NCBI RefSeq assembly: GCF_051097895.1
Contig: NZ_CP142525.1
Coordinates: 960,001 to 992,000, forward strand
Length of the DNA stretch: 32,000 nucleotides
Direction of reading: 5' to 3'
Origin: Psychrobacter sp. HD31
GTDB taxonomy: Bacteria; Pseudomonadota; Gammaproteobacteria; Pseudomonadales; Moraxellaceae
Numbering within the stretch: position 1 is the first letter of the stretch; every line of letters starts with the position of its first letter. The notes under the pieces were generated by a model. That model was not told where the DNA came from. It searched no databases and saw only the letters and a list, made by a program, of their open reading frames with translations. The position numbers and the translations under genes are program-made. Of this stretch, positions 19,011 to 26,818 are shown piece by piece.

Positions 19011-19613
19011 GTGCCACAAAAAAAGCTAAAAAAGTGGTTGCCAAAACCAGAACAGATTCTTGAAAACAAAACAATCAAGCTTTTTGCCCCGCAATTGGCT
19101 GATCCACGTTTATGGCACTTTAATCGCCGCTGTTTAACAAAAGCTGTTTATATTGGGGTGTTGAGTTCATTTTTTCCTTTGCCTGGGCAAAGTATTATTG
19201 CCATTTTTGCCTGTTTATATTTTAAAGCAAATATCCCTATGGCAATTGCCTTAACATGGATAACCAATCCACTCACAACCATCCCTATTTTTTATTTTGC
19301 GTATATTATTGGTGCAAAATTGTTGGATATGGCACTAATTGACTTTAGCACCATTGGTCATATGCTGGCAGATTTAAGCCTGTGGATTTTTGCCGATGGT
19401 GCAAATCCATTTGTGACCTACAACAGTCAGTTTTCACTTTCTGCTTTTTTGCTGGGGCTTTGTATTCTCGCATTAGTAAGTAGCGTCGTATCTGGTATCG
19501 CATTTAGATTTTTTTGGCGTTATAAAGTTGTTACTGGTTGGAAAAAAAGACACGGATACCGTCCACCCCACCTTATTAAAAAGTATCAAAAAGCAAAATA
19601 CTATAATAAATAA
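19011..19613 (+). CDS. DUF2062-family membrane protein
   Basis: GTG start. N-terminal KKWLPKPEQI...LADPRLWHFNRR, then FFPLPGQSIIAIFACLYFKANIPMAIALTWITNPLT, as in DUF2062 proteins (from memory). It has several TM helices. Confidence 0.72.
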   Translation: MPQKKLKKWLPKPEQILENKTIKLFAPQLADPRLWHFNRRCLTKAVYIGVLSSFFPLPGQSIIAIFACLYFKANIPMAIALTWITNPLTTIPIFYFAYIIGAKLLDMALIDFSTIGHMLADLSLWIFADGANPFVTYNSQFSLSAFLLGLCILALVSSVVSGIAFRFFWRYKVVTGWKKRHGYRPPHLIKKYQKAKYYNK

Positions 19614-19738
19614 CCAGCTAATGTTTGGCTGATGCAGCATCCTTTGCTGGCTTATAGGTGTTAGATTATTAAGCACTAAGCATGGTTGATATACGCGTTA
19701 ATAAGCAGGTTAATGTTGTATTATTTAAGAGCATCTAC

Positions 19739-19771
19739 TTTAATAAAGTATTAATCTTAGAGTGCCATATC
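19739..19771 (+). promoter_or_regulatory. Candidate response-regulator box (direct repeat) plus -10-like element upstream of the regulator gene
   Basis: TTTAAT-aaagt-ATTAAT (19739-19755), then CTT, and 10 nt after the repeat CATATC/ATTATC. The architecture is the same as at 20538-20570. Confidence 0.4.
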
Positions 19772-19827
19772 ATTATCACAAGCAAGCACAATATTTTATT
19801 TATGACATATCAAGCATAGGAAACTAA

Positions 19828-20490
19828 ATGCGGATTTTACTGATAGAAGATGACAGAGACATTGGTGAAGGTTTAACGATGGCGTTAAAACGCCATGGCC
19901 ATGCAGTCGATTGGTTTACTGATGGCAAACAGGGGCTAATTGCTGTTGATAGCGTTGATTTTGATCTCGCAATTTTAGATTTGGGCTTACCAACCGTTGA
20001 TGGCATCGATATTTTAGCTAATTGGCGCAGTCGCCAAATTGATTTGCCTGTATTAATACTGACCGCCCGCAATGCCCTGCCCGACCGTGTAAAAGGGCTT
20101 AACATCGGCGCAGACGACTACCTTGGTAAACCCTTTGATACCGAAGAACTCATTGCTCGCCTAAGTGCTTTATTAAGAAGACAACACGGTCATGCAGATA
20201 ATTCTCTTTGCTTTGGTAACCTTTCACTAAACTCGACCACCAAAACCGTCACCCTAAACGGTGAATTAGTGACTTTACGCTCTAAAGAATTTACATTATT
20301 AGAAATGTTTATGAGTCAGCCAACGCACATTATTAGCCGTGAGCAAATTGAAGACAAACTTTATAGTTGGGATAGTGATGTTGATAGCAATGCCATTCAA
20401 GTATATATCCATGCATTAAGAAAAAAGTTTGGCAAAGCATTTATTAAAACTCAACGTGGTTTAGGCTATCAATTAGGGGATAAACCTTAA
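19828..20490 (+). CDS. OmpR/PhoB-family response regulator (QseB/PmrA/BasR-like)
   Basis: Receiver domain MRILLIEDD, phospho-acceptor context DLAILDLGLP, LILTAR and DDYLGKPF. The C-terminal winged helix reads LTLLEMFM...VYIHALRKKF...RGLGYQL. Confidence 0.93.
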   Translation: MRILLIEDDRDIGEGLTMALKRHGHAVDWFTDGKQGLIAVDSVDFDLAILDLGLPTVDGIDILANWRSRQIDLPVLILTARNALPDRVKGLNIGADDYLGKPFDTEELIARLSALLRRQHGHADNSLCFGNLSLNSTTKTVTLNGELVTLRSKEFTLLEMFMSQPTHIISREQIEDKLYSWDSDVDSNAIQVYIHALRKKFGKAFIKTQRGLGYQLGDKP

Positions 20491-20537
20491 GCACAACATA
20501 CCACCCTTTTTAATTTAATTTTTAACTTATTTTAAAA

Positions 20538-20570
20538 TTTAAGGTTCAGTTAATCTTCATTTTTCATAAT
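20538..20570 (+). promoter_or_regulatory. Candidate response-regulator box plus -10 element upstream of the secreted-protein gene
   Basis: TTTAAG-gttca-GTTAAT (20538-20554), then CTT, and exactly 10 nt after the repeat CATAAT (20565-20570). The start codon at 20623 has AAGGTG upstream. Confidence 0.45.
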
Positions 20571-20622
20571 AACCTTGTCAACTAAAGACAACGACAATTA
20601 AACAACCTAAAAAGGTGCTATT

Positions 20623-21651
20623 ATGAAAAACTCAATTTCATCAAAATTTACTAAAACCATCACTCAAAAACCACTAACCATTGCCGTACTGGCAATTGCT
20701 AGCGCAGTTACTGGCAGTGTGGCTTTTGCACATGGTCATCAATCATCTGTTTTAAGCAAACAGGATACGCAAGAAGTCATCGAAGAGCTCGCTGATGAAA
20801 TGGCAGCATCAGGTTATAAAGTAAGTTTTTCAACATTACCAACCCTCAGTTATGATGAATCTCAAGATATTGAGCTAGAAAATATCTTTAAAAAATTAGA
20901 CGCAGGTCAGACTTTAAACAACAATGATAAACAGCTTTTAATCAAAGACATGCAAACAATGCTGGCAATGGATGGGATATTTATTGATAAACCAGAAAAT
21001 TTAAGACTTGAACCCATGTCAACACAAGCATTAGAAAAGTTAGAGCAAAGCTATGAAGCTGAATATTATGCCAATCTTAAAAACTTAGCAAAACAAATGC
21101 GTGATGCGGGCAGTGTTGCAAAAGCCGAGCAGATTCTTACCAAATTCTATAATGAATTTGAAGACTTTGATGACATTGTTGCAAACGATATACAACTTGA
21201 TACGTCAAAAGTTGAAGTATTAAATAAACAACAAACCAAAGAACTGTTTAACGATTTATCATACGAGCTTGCAGCTATGGGGTACAAACTGACTTACACC
21301 GATATGCCTACGATTACTATCAAACCGTTAACCTATAACCTAAATATGGACGCTTTTGAAATGGGTGACAGTACCCCATTAAACGCAAAACAAAAAAGCC
21401 AGCTAACGGATGATATGAAACAACTATTAGCAATAGGTGGCATTTCGGCTGACTTTAACCACAGCGCACCAGAGATAGAAGCCATGTCATTTAATGACAT
21501 CGAAAGTAAAATGGCAGAAGATGAAGCCATGTTTAAGGCAGCACTTAATAAACTGACCAAAGATGTCTTAAACAGCGGTAGTGTCAATGAAGCCATCGAT
21601 TTACTTGCTGAATTTGAAGAAAATGTTTTTGAAGAAAACGAAGATTTTTAA
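20623..21651 (+). CDS. Secreted acidic protein of unknown function built from two homologous ~145-aa modules
   Basis: The Sec signal peptide ends SVAFA|HGHQ and there is no further TM segment. Residues 43-184 and 199-342 align along their length (VL-KQ-T-E, AA-GYK, DM---LA--GI, E-MS, GSV--A). The protein is rich in D/E, and I recognise no family. Confidence 0.8.
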   Translation: MKNSISSKFTKTITQKPLTIAVLAIASAVTGSVAFAHGHQSSVLSKQDTQEVIEELADEMAASGYKVSFSTLPTLSYDESQDIELENIFKKLDAGQTLNNNDKQLLIKDMQTMLAMDGIFIDKPENLRLEPMSTQALEKLEQSYEAEYYANLKNLAKQMRDAGSVAKAEQILTKFYNEFEDFDDIVANDIQLDTSKVEVLNKQQTKELFNDLSYELAAMGYKLTYTDMPTITIKPLTYNLNMDAFEMGDSTPLNAKQKSQLTDDMKQLLAIGGISADFNHSAPEIEAMSFNDIESKMAEDEAMFKAALNKLTKDVLNSGSVNEAIDLLAEFEENVFEENEDF

Positions 21652-21688
21652 ACGAATCTTAATGTTAGAATATATAAATCACTATCAG

Positions 21689-21718
21689 ACTAATGGCTTG
21701 CAAAAGTCATTAGTTTTT
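21689..21718 (+). terminator. Intrinsic terminator / attenuator hairpin between the secreted-protein gene and the kinase gene
   Basis: ACTAATGGCTT (21689-21699) pairs with AAGTCATTAGT (21704-21714), giving 11 bp with one G-U. The loop is GCAA (GNRA) and TTTT (21715-21718) follows. It ends 28 nt before the kinase ATG. Confidence 0.6.
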
Positions 21719-21746
21719 GATGCGACATCATAACTGAAAATTTAAA

Positions 21747-23315
21747 ATGAATACCATTCGTAAAACACATAACGCCAAGCCCGACAGCATTCGCAATCAG
21801 TTAATTAAAACGTTGCTAATAGGTTTGCCATTGCTGTTTTTAATCATTGCCATTGGGGTATCAATCCCTTTATATCAACAAATTATTGATGATGATGATG
21901 AAGCCATGCAACAGTTTTCTCAAATGGTACTTAATGACCGCATGGTAGAACAAAGCTTTCAGAACAGTTTAAATAAAGAGAGCTTGGAGCACATGCAACA
22001 GCTATCAAACCAAGTGTTTGATGAGCAGATAGACACCCCAGATCCATTTTTTATCGAAGACATCTTATTTGCTGAATCTTTTGAGTTGGCAATATGGGAT
22101 AAGTCTGGCAACTTGATTGAAGATGATCAGCCTGATATTAATAAAACTGATGAGCTGAGTAAAAAAACACCTTCTATTTTAACAGGACTTGATATAAAAA
22201 ACATCTCGCACGGCTTTCACAATATCGGCAACATTTTTTCTAAAAACTCATGGCGAGTATATATCACAACCAACCCAAAAACGGGCGAAACTATTGCTGT
22301 TGCACAGTCTTTAAAAGAACGCATAACAAATATTATTGGTTTTATCAGTGAGCAAATGTTGATGTTGCTTTTGAGTTTACCGATTTTGATTGCCATGGTT
22401 ATATGGGCAGTACATAAAGGGTTACGACCACTAAACACTTTAACCAATGAGATACAAACCCGGCATACTAATGACCTTGCCCCTGTATCTGAGTATGTAC
22501 CGAGCGAATTACAACCTCTAACAAAGGCACTCAATCAACTGTTCATTAAAGTTGCCGATGGCATAGATAAACAAAAACGCTTTACGGCAGAAGCGTCACA
22601 TGAGCTAAAAACGCCCATCACAGCCATTAAAATACAAGCCAATGAATTACAACATCATCTACAACAAGGGTTAATTGCTGAGGCAGATACTCACCATAGC
22701 AACGAGTCTACATTAGAAGCGCTACAATCTGCTCAGCGCATTCAAAAAACTGCTGATCGTTCTTCACATTTGATAGAGCAGCTGCTTACATTAACCAAAT
22801 TGGATGATGCCAGCGCATCAAATAGCCTAAATAAGATTAAAAAACAGCCCATTAACTGGTTATCCATCAGCGAGCAAGCCCTGCAAAGTGTTAGCCGTCT
22901 TGCACGAAACCACGGCGTAAAATTGCAACGTCATATACATACAAAAGATGAAAGTCATATCCTACCCATGGCAGAAGGTGGCAATCCAGTGCTGTTAGTT
23001 CTTATGTTTAGAAATTTACTTGAAAATGCCATTTGTTACGGCGCAAGTGACAAAACGGTTACAAAAAAACATATCGAGCTCACATTAGCAGCCCATTACA
23101 TAAGTATTCGTGACTATGGAAACGGCATCAGCAAAGAGCATTTAACTCGCATTCGAGAACGGTTCTTCCGCCCAGCGGGGCAAACACATACTGGCAGTGG
23201 TTTAGGTCTGTCGATTGTGGATAGAGTTGCCGAACTTCATGGGCTAAATGTAGAGATTGAAAACTGTAACGATATGGGCGTCATGGTTAAAATAACCATT
23301 AATGAACGATTATAA
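21747..23315 (+). CDS. Sensor histidine kinase (QseC/PmrB-like, two TM helices with a periplasmic domain)
   Basis: TM1 spans about residues 19-43 and TM2 about 203-222, with a periplasmic segment of about 160 aa between them. It has a HAMP-like linker, H-box EASHELKTPIT (His285), N-box LLENAICYG, G1 IRDYGNGI and G2 GSGLGLSIV. Confidence 0.92.
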   Translation: MNTIRKTHNAKPDSIRNQLIKTLLIGLPLLFLIIAIGVSIPLYQQIIDDDDEAMQQFSQMVLNDRMVEQSFQNSLNKESLEHMQQLSNQVFDEQIDTPDPFFIEDILFAESFELAIWDKSGNLIEDDQPDINKTDELSKKTPSILTGLDIKNISHGFHNIGNIFSKNSWRVYITTNPKTGETIAVAQSLKERITNIIGFISEQMLMLLLSLPILIAMVIWAVHKGLRPLNTLTNEIQTRHTNDLAPVSEYVPSELQPLTKALNQLFIKVADGIDKQKRFTAEASHELKTPITAIKIQANELQHHLQQGLIAEADTHHSNESTLEALQSAQRIQKTADRSSHLIEQLLTLTKLDDASASNSLNKIKKQPINWLSISEQALQSVSRLARNHGVKLQRHIHTKDESHILPMAEGGNPVLLVLMFRNLLENAICYGASDKTVTKKHIELTLAAHYISIRDYGNGISKEHLTRIRERFFRPAGQTHTGSGLGLSIVDRVAELHGLNVEIENCNDMGVMVKITINERL

Positions 23316-23326
23316 AATCTTAAAAA

Positions 23327-23360
23327 GTTGCATAAAAATGTCTTTTTATGCAACCCTTTT
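23327..23360. terminator. Bidirectional terminator between the kinase gene and lolD
   Basis: A perfect 12-bp stem, GTTGCATAAAAA (23327-23338) pairing with TTTTTATGCAAC (23343-23354), has a 4-nt loop and is followed by CCTTTT. Confidence 0.7.
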
Positions 23361-23380
23361 AGTAGCTTATTGGCAAAAAA

Positions 23381-24082
23381 CTATGCCTCCCACTGCCCAC
23401 TTTTAAGCACTAATTGCCTGTCTGCCATTTTTGCCAAATTACGATCATGTGTCACCATCAATAGCCCCATACCAAAACTGGTCTGTAACTCTGATAAAAG
23501 CTCAAACACACTTTGCGCATTTTCATGATCTAAATTACCTGTTGGCTCATCTGCCAGTACTAATGCGGGTTTTGTTACCAAGGCACGGGCAATGGCAACA
23601 CGTTGTCGTTCACCACCAGAAAGCTCTCCAGGTCTATGCTCTAAACGATGCCCTAACCCCACTTTTTTTAACAGTTCGACAGCTTGGTTTTTGGCATCAT
23701 CAATTTTAACCGCTGGGCGCATTAACAATGGCATAGCCACATTTTCTATGGCAGAAAACTCTGCCAAAAGATGATGAAACTGATAGATAAAACCTAAATG
23801 CTTGTTACGCATTTCGCCTCTTTGTGTTTCATCCATTTTGTTTAAAAGCTCACCTTTTAGCCAAACTTCTCCTTTGGTTGGTGTATCCAATCCCCCCAAT
23901 AAATGCAATAAGGTGCTTTTACCCGAACCACTGGTGCCAACTATCGCTACCCGTTCACCTTCATTAATACTCACATCTAAATCCTGCAAAACTTGGGTAC
24001 TGATTTTGCCTTCGCTGTAAACTTTACTGATGTTTTTAGCACGTAGTATTTCTTTATTATTTTGGGTTTGCTGTTTTATCAT
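23381..24082 (-). CDS. lolD: Lipoprotein-releasing system ATP-binding protein
   Basis: Walker [10 protein letters not shown], signature LSGGERQR and Walker [13 protein letters not shown]. It also has the LolD-type region IYQFHHLL and lies adjacent to the lolC/E-like permease gene. Confidence 0.9.
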   Translation of the reverse strand: MIKQQTQNNKEILRAKNISKVYSEGKISTQVLQDLDVSINEGERVAIVGTSGSGKSTLLHLLGGLDTPTKGEVWLKGELLNKMDETQRGEMRNKHLGFIYQFHHLLAEFSAIENVAMPLLMRPAVKIDDAKNQAVELLKKVGLGHRLEHRPGELSGGERQRVAIARALVTKPALVLADEPTGNLDHENAQSVFELLSELQTSFGMGLLMVTHDRNLAKMADRQLVLKSGQWEA

Positions 24083-24120
24083 TTTTAAATCCTTACTTGT
24101 TAATTAGTTATGCTTAACAC

Positions 24121-25356
24121 TTATTCATATCGCAGCGTTTGCGCAGGCTGAATTTTAGCTGCCCTGCGAGCAGGATAAATAGTCATTAAAAAACTAAGTA
24201 AGAAAGAAGCCGATACGATAATCAGCACATCACTCACTTTTACATAAGATGGTAAATAATTAACAGGATATACATCAAATAAATGCAAATTAAACGCATC
24301 ATTGATATAGCCAAGCACACTACTGATTGATAAGGCAAAGGTCACGCCAATAATTGTACCAAGTACCGTACCAATCACCCCAATAATCATACCTTGCACC
24401 ACAAACACATTCATAATCAGTTTTGGTGTTGCGCCAAAAGTTTTTAAAATGGCAACGTCAGACTTTTTGTCAGTTACCATCATCACAAGGCTAGATACAA
24501 TATTAAAAGCGGCAACAATAACAATTAAAAATAGCAGCAAGCCAATCATGGCTTTTTCCATCTGAATCGCACTAAACAAATTGCCATGTGTTTGTGTCCA
24601 GTCGGTTGGATAGAGCCTTTCTGGTGCAACTTGTGTGGCTGCTTTTGATACTTTTGGTGCTGCAAAAATGTTATCAACCTTCATGCGTATACCCTGTGCG
24701 CCATCAGGCAGCCTTAATAGTTTGGCAGCATCATGCATGGGTATGTATGCCATCAGGCTATTTACTTCTTTACTAATGTCATAAGTGCCCACCAAAGTAA
24801 AGCGTTTAAATCTTGGTATGATGCCCGCAGGTGAAGGAGAAGCCTCTGGCAAAACCAAAGTGATTTTATCACCCACATCAACCCCCATTAAATCCGCTAG
24901 GTCAACCCCCAATACAATCCCAAAATCCCCTGCTTGTAGTTTATCTAGGCTGCCTTCTACCATGTGCTCGCCAATGATAGATACTTTTTGTTCATATTCT
25001 GGGACAACACCAGAAACCATAATGCCTGACACCTGCCCATTAGAAGTCAGCATGCCTTGTAGCTGTATAAAAGGGGCAACTTCACTTACTTCGGGATCTT
25101 GTTTGATTTGGTTTGCCAATGGTTCCCAATCAGGGATAATTTGAGTTGAGGTAACCGTTGCCTGAGGTATCATGCCCAAAATCCGGCTTTTAATTTCTCT
25201 ATCAAAACCATTCATCACTGATAAAACGGTTATTAACACCGCAACACCTAGCGTTAAACCAATGATAGAAATTAAAGAAATAAAGGAGATAAAACGATTA
25301 CTTCGTTCAGCACGTGTATATCTTAAACCAATAAATAGAGCTAAAGGACGAAACAT
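24121..25356 (-). CDS. Lipoprotein-releasing system transmembrane subunit (LolC/LolE family; the only copy at this locus, so LolF-like)
   Basis: 411 aa with an N-terminal LRYTRAERSNRFISFIS, a large periplasmic loop and a C-terminal FtsX-type four-helix domain ending YPARRAAKIQPAQTLRYE. Confidence 0.9.
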   Translation of the reverse strand: MFRPLALFIGLRYTRAERSNRFISFISLISIIGLTLGVAVLITVLSVMNGFDREIKSRILGMIPQATVTSTQIIPDWEPLANQIKQDPEVSEVAPFIQLQGMLTSNGQVSGIMVSGVVPEYEQKVSIIGEHMVEGSLDKLQAGDFGIVLGVDLADLMGVDVGDKITLVLPEASPSPAGIIPRFKRFTLVGTYDISKEVNSLMAYIPMHDAAKLLRLPDGAQGIRMKVDNIFAAPKVSKAATQVAPERLYPTDWTQTHGNLFSAIQMEKAMIGLLLFLIVIVAAFNIVSSLVMMVTDKKSDVAILKTFGATPKLIMNVFVVQGMIIGVIGTVLGTIIGVTFALSISSVLGYINDAFNLHLFDVYPVNYLPSYVKVSDVLIIVSASFLLSFLMTIYPARRAAKIQPAQTLRYE

Positions 25357-25461
25357 AAAAACTTCTCAATTGATGTCAACATAATGTCAACTTTAGTTAT
25401 ATTTGCCATCAAAACAATCAAAATTATTTAAAAACATGATACTTTTTACCACAAAAAAAGC

Positions 25462-25482
25462 TGTGGATATATTTGTGGATAA
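25462..25482 (-). promoter_or_regulatory. Two adjacent DnaA-box matches (8/9 and 9/9 to TTATCCACA)
   Basis: Plus-strand TGTGGATAT (25462-25470) and TGTGGATAA (25474-25482) have the same orientation and a 12-bp start-to-start spacing. Confidence 0.5.
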
Positions 25483-25691
25483 CCATAAAATAGCTATATA
25501 GATTCACCTATACAGCAGATGACAACGAATGCCTATTTTGACATAAAAGCCAATTTATTTGCCATAAAAATCACAAAAATGCAAAAAAAGTGGCAAAATC
25601 AAGGCTAATTTGTAACTAAATATGTAAAAAACCCCACTAATGGGTTGCACACTTACTCAAATACTGTATCCTGTAAGGCATTGCAAGCAAT

Positions 25692-25700
25692 TGTGGATAA
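25692..25700 (-). promoter_or_regulatory. Exact DnaA-box match
   Basis: Plus-strand TGTGGATAA is the exact reverse complement of TTATCCACA. It lies 125 nt upstream of the ATG at 25825. Confidence 0.5.
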
Positions 25701-25824
25701 ATTTTCACTTTTTATTAATTGTGGCATAAAACAATGAGTGACTATTTTTTAGACAACTCTATTTTTGCCAATTTGTAACACTTACATTTTTAATGGTTGC
25801 ATTAATAAAGGCAACATAGTTTTC

Positions 25825-26772
25825 ATGACAATGACAAAAAACAATCAGGGGACTGCCCCCACAAAAATCAGACTCAGTGCTGAAAAATGTGCCGGACATG
25901 CTGATCACTGGCTTATTTTAACAGAGAATACAGCAGAGGATGTACCAAACTGGTTACAGCAGATGATTGAAAATGCAGTTATCCCAACGGGACTGCAAAC
26001 AAAAAACAATCAGCAACCTGACTATTTGTTAATTGCAGAAAATGGTGATGCGCATATCAACCAAGTTTTGTCGCTTAAAGATGGCAAACCACAAGAATTG
26101 CTAACTGCATTTCCGGCTGTTAATAGCCCATATGGTACAAATTGTGTCATTGAGCGTGTGGTGATATGTGAAGAAACAGCAGATGCCGTATTAAGACTAC
26201 GTAGTAAAGATGGCACAATTTTATATGCCTATGACCAGCTTTATACAGTAAATAACAACGCTTATGAGCAAAATGTCTCATACTTTGTTAACTTTAGTGC
26301 TTGGGCTTATAACATTACTTCTAGCAAACAAGATGAAGTAATTTTGGTAGATGACCAACAGGCAATCCGTTATCATCGTGCTTTTAATGATATTGTGGCT
26401 GCCAATAATGGAGAAGTTCCTACAGATATTCAGGAACAAATCCAAAACTGGGAGCCAGATACCGACGAACCGCTTGCACCTGTAGAAATTAATCTTGGTA
26501 ATATGTGTGCCTATTTGTTTGGCGACACTCTAGGACAAGAAGACGAGGCATGGTGCCAAGGGCAAGTGCTGGGTAAACAAAACAGTAAGTTTTATGGAAA
26601 AGACATCATTTTGTTTGATGTGGTAATTTTGCGTGAACCAGATGCAGATCCACTGGTTGTGCGTATTGCTGCAATTAGTAATGAACAAAATCAAGCCATA
26701 AAAGTGCAAGATTATATACAAGCCAATATTTGGCTACAAGCCGCTATTTATGCGCAAACACAAAGTGATTAA
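25825..26772 (+). CDS. Hypothetical cytoplasmic acidic protein (315 aa), family not recognised
   Basis: This is a long ORF in a gap between conserved genes, and I saw no convincing competing ORF on the opposite strand. I placed the start at ATG 25825 (MTMTKNNQ) because the track start at 25765 is a TTG. I saw no signal peptide, TM segment or recognisable catalytic motif. Confidence 0.65.
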   Translation: MTMTKNNQGTAPTKIRLSAEKCAGHADHWLILTENTAEDVPNWLQQMIENAVIPTGLQTKNNQQPDYLLIAENGDAHINQVLSLKDGKPQELLTAFPAVNSPYGTNCVIERVVICEETADAVLRLRSKDGTILYAYDQLYTVNNNAYEQNVSYFVNFSAWAYNITSSKQDEVILVDDQQAIRYHRAFNDIVAANNGEVPTDIQEQIQNWEPDTDEPLAPVEINLGNMCAYLFGDTLGQEDEAWCQGQVLGKQNSKFYGKDIILFDVVILREPDADPLVVRIAAISNEQNQAIKVQDYIQANIWLQAAIYAQTQSD

Positions 26773-26818
26773 ATCGTTTCATTTACAGTCTAACCTATAA
26801 GGTTATTAAGATAAGACT

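Noticed and set aside
19473-20105. Minus-strand ORFs 19473-19676 and 19824-20105
   Set aside because: They overlap the DUF2062 and response-regulator genes on the opposite strand, and their products have no motifs.
24785-25144. 119-aa plus-strand ORF, and other short ORFs, antisense to the lolC/E-type gene and lolD (23431-23709, 23592-23774, 23802-24020, 24588-24776, 25172-25384)
   Set aside because: All lie fully within well-supported minus-strand genes and their translations are S/P/T-rich noise.
25627-25650. Minus-strand hairpin plus T-run (AACCC-ATTAGTG-GGGTT-TTTT) that could end an unannotated small RNA
   Set aside because: The stem is only 5 bp, there is no identifiable promoter upstream on that strand, and such structures arise by chance in AT-rich spacers.
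25357-25824. Possibility that the DnaA-box region is the chromosomal origin oriC
   Set aside because: It has only two exact boxes and one near-exact box. I could find no tandem AT-rich 13-mer-like unwinding repeats, and there are no flanking origin-associated genes (dnaA, dnaN, rpmH, mnmG). Regulatory or DnaA-titrating sites are a more cautious reading.
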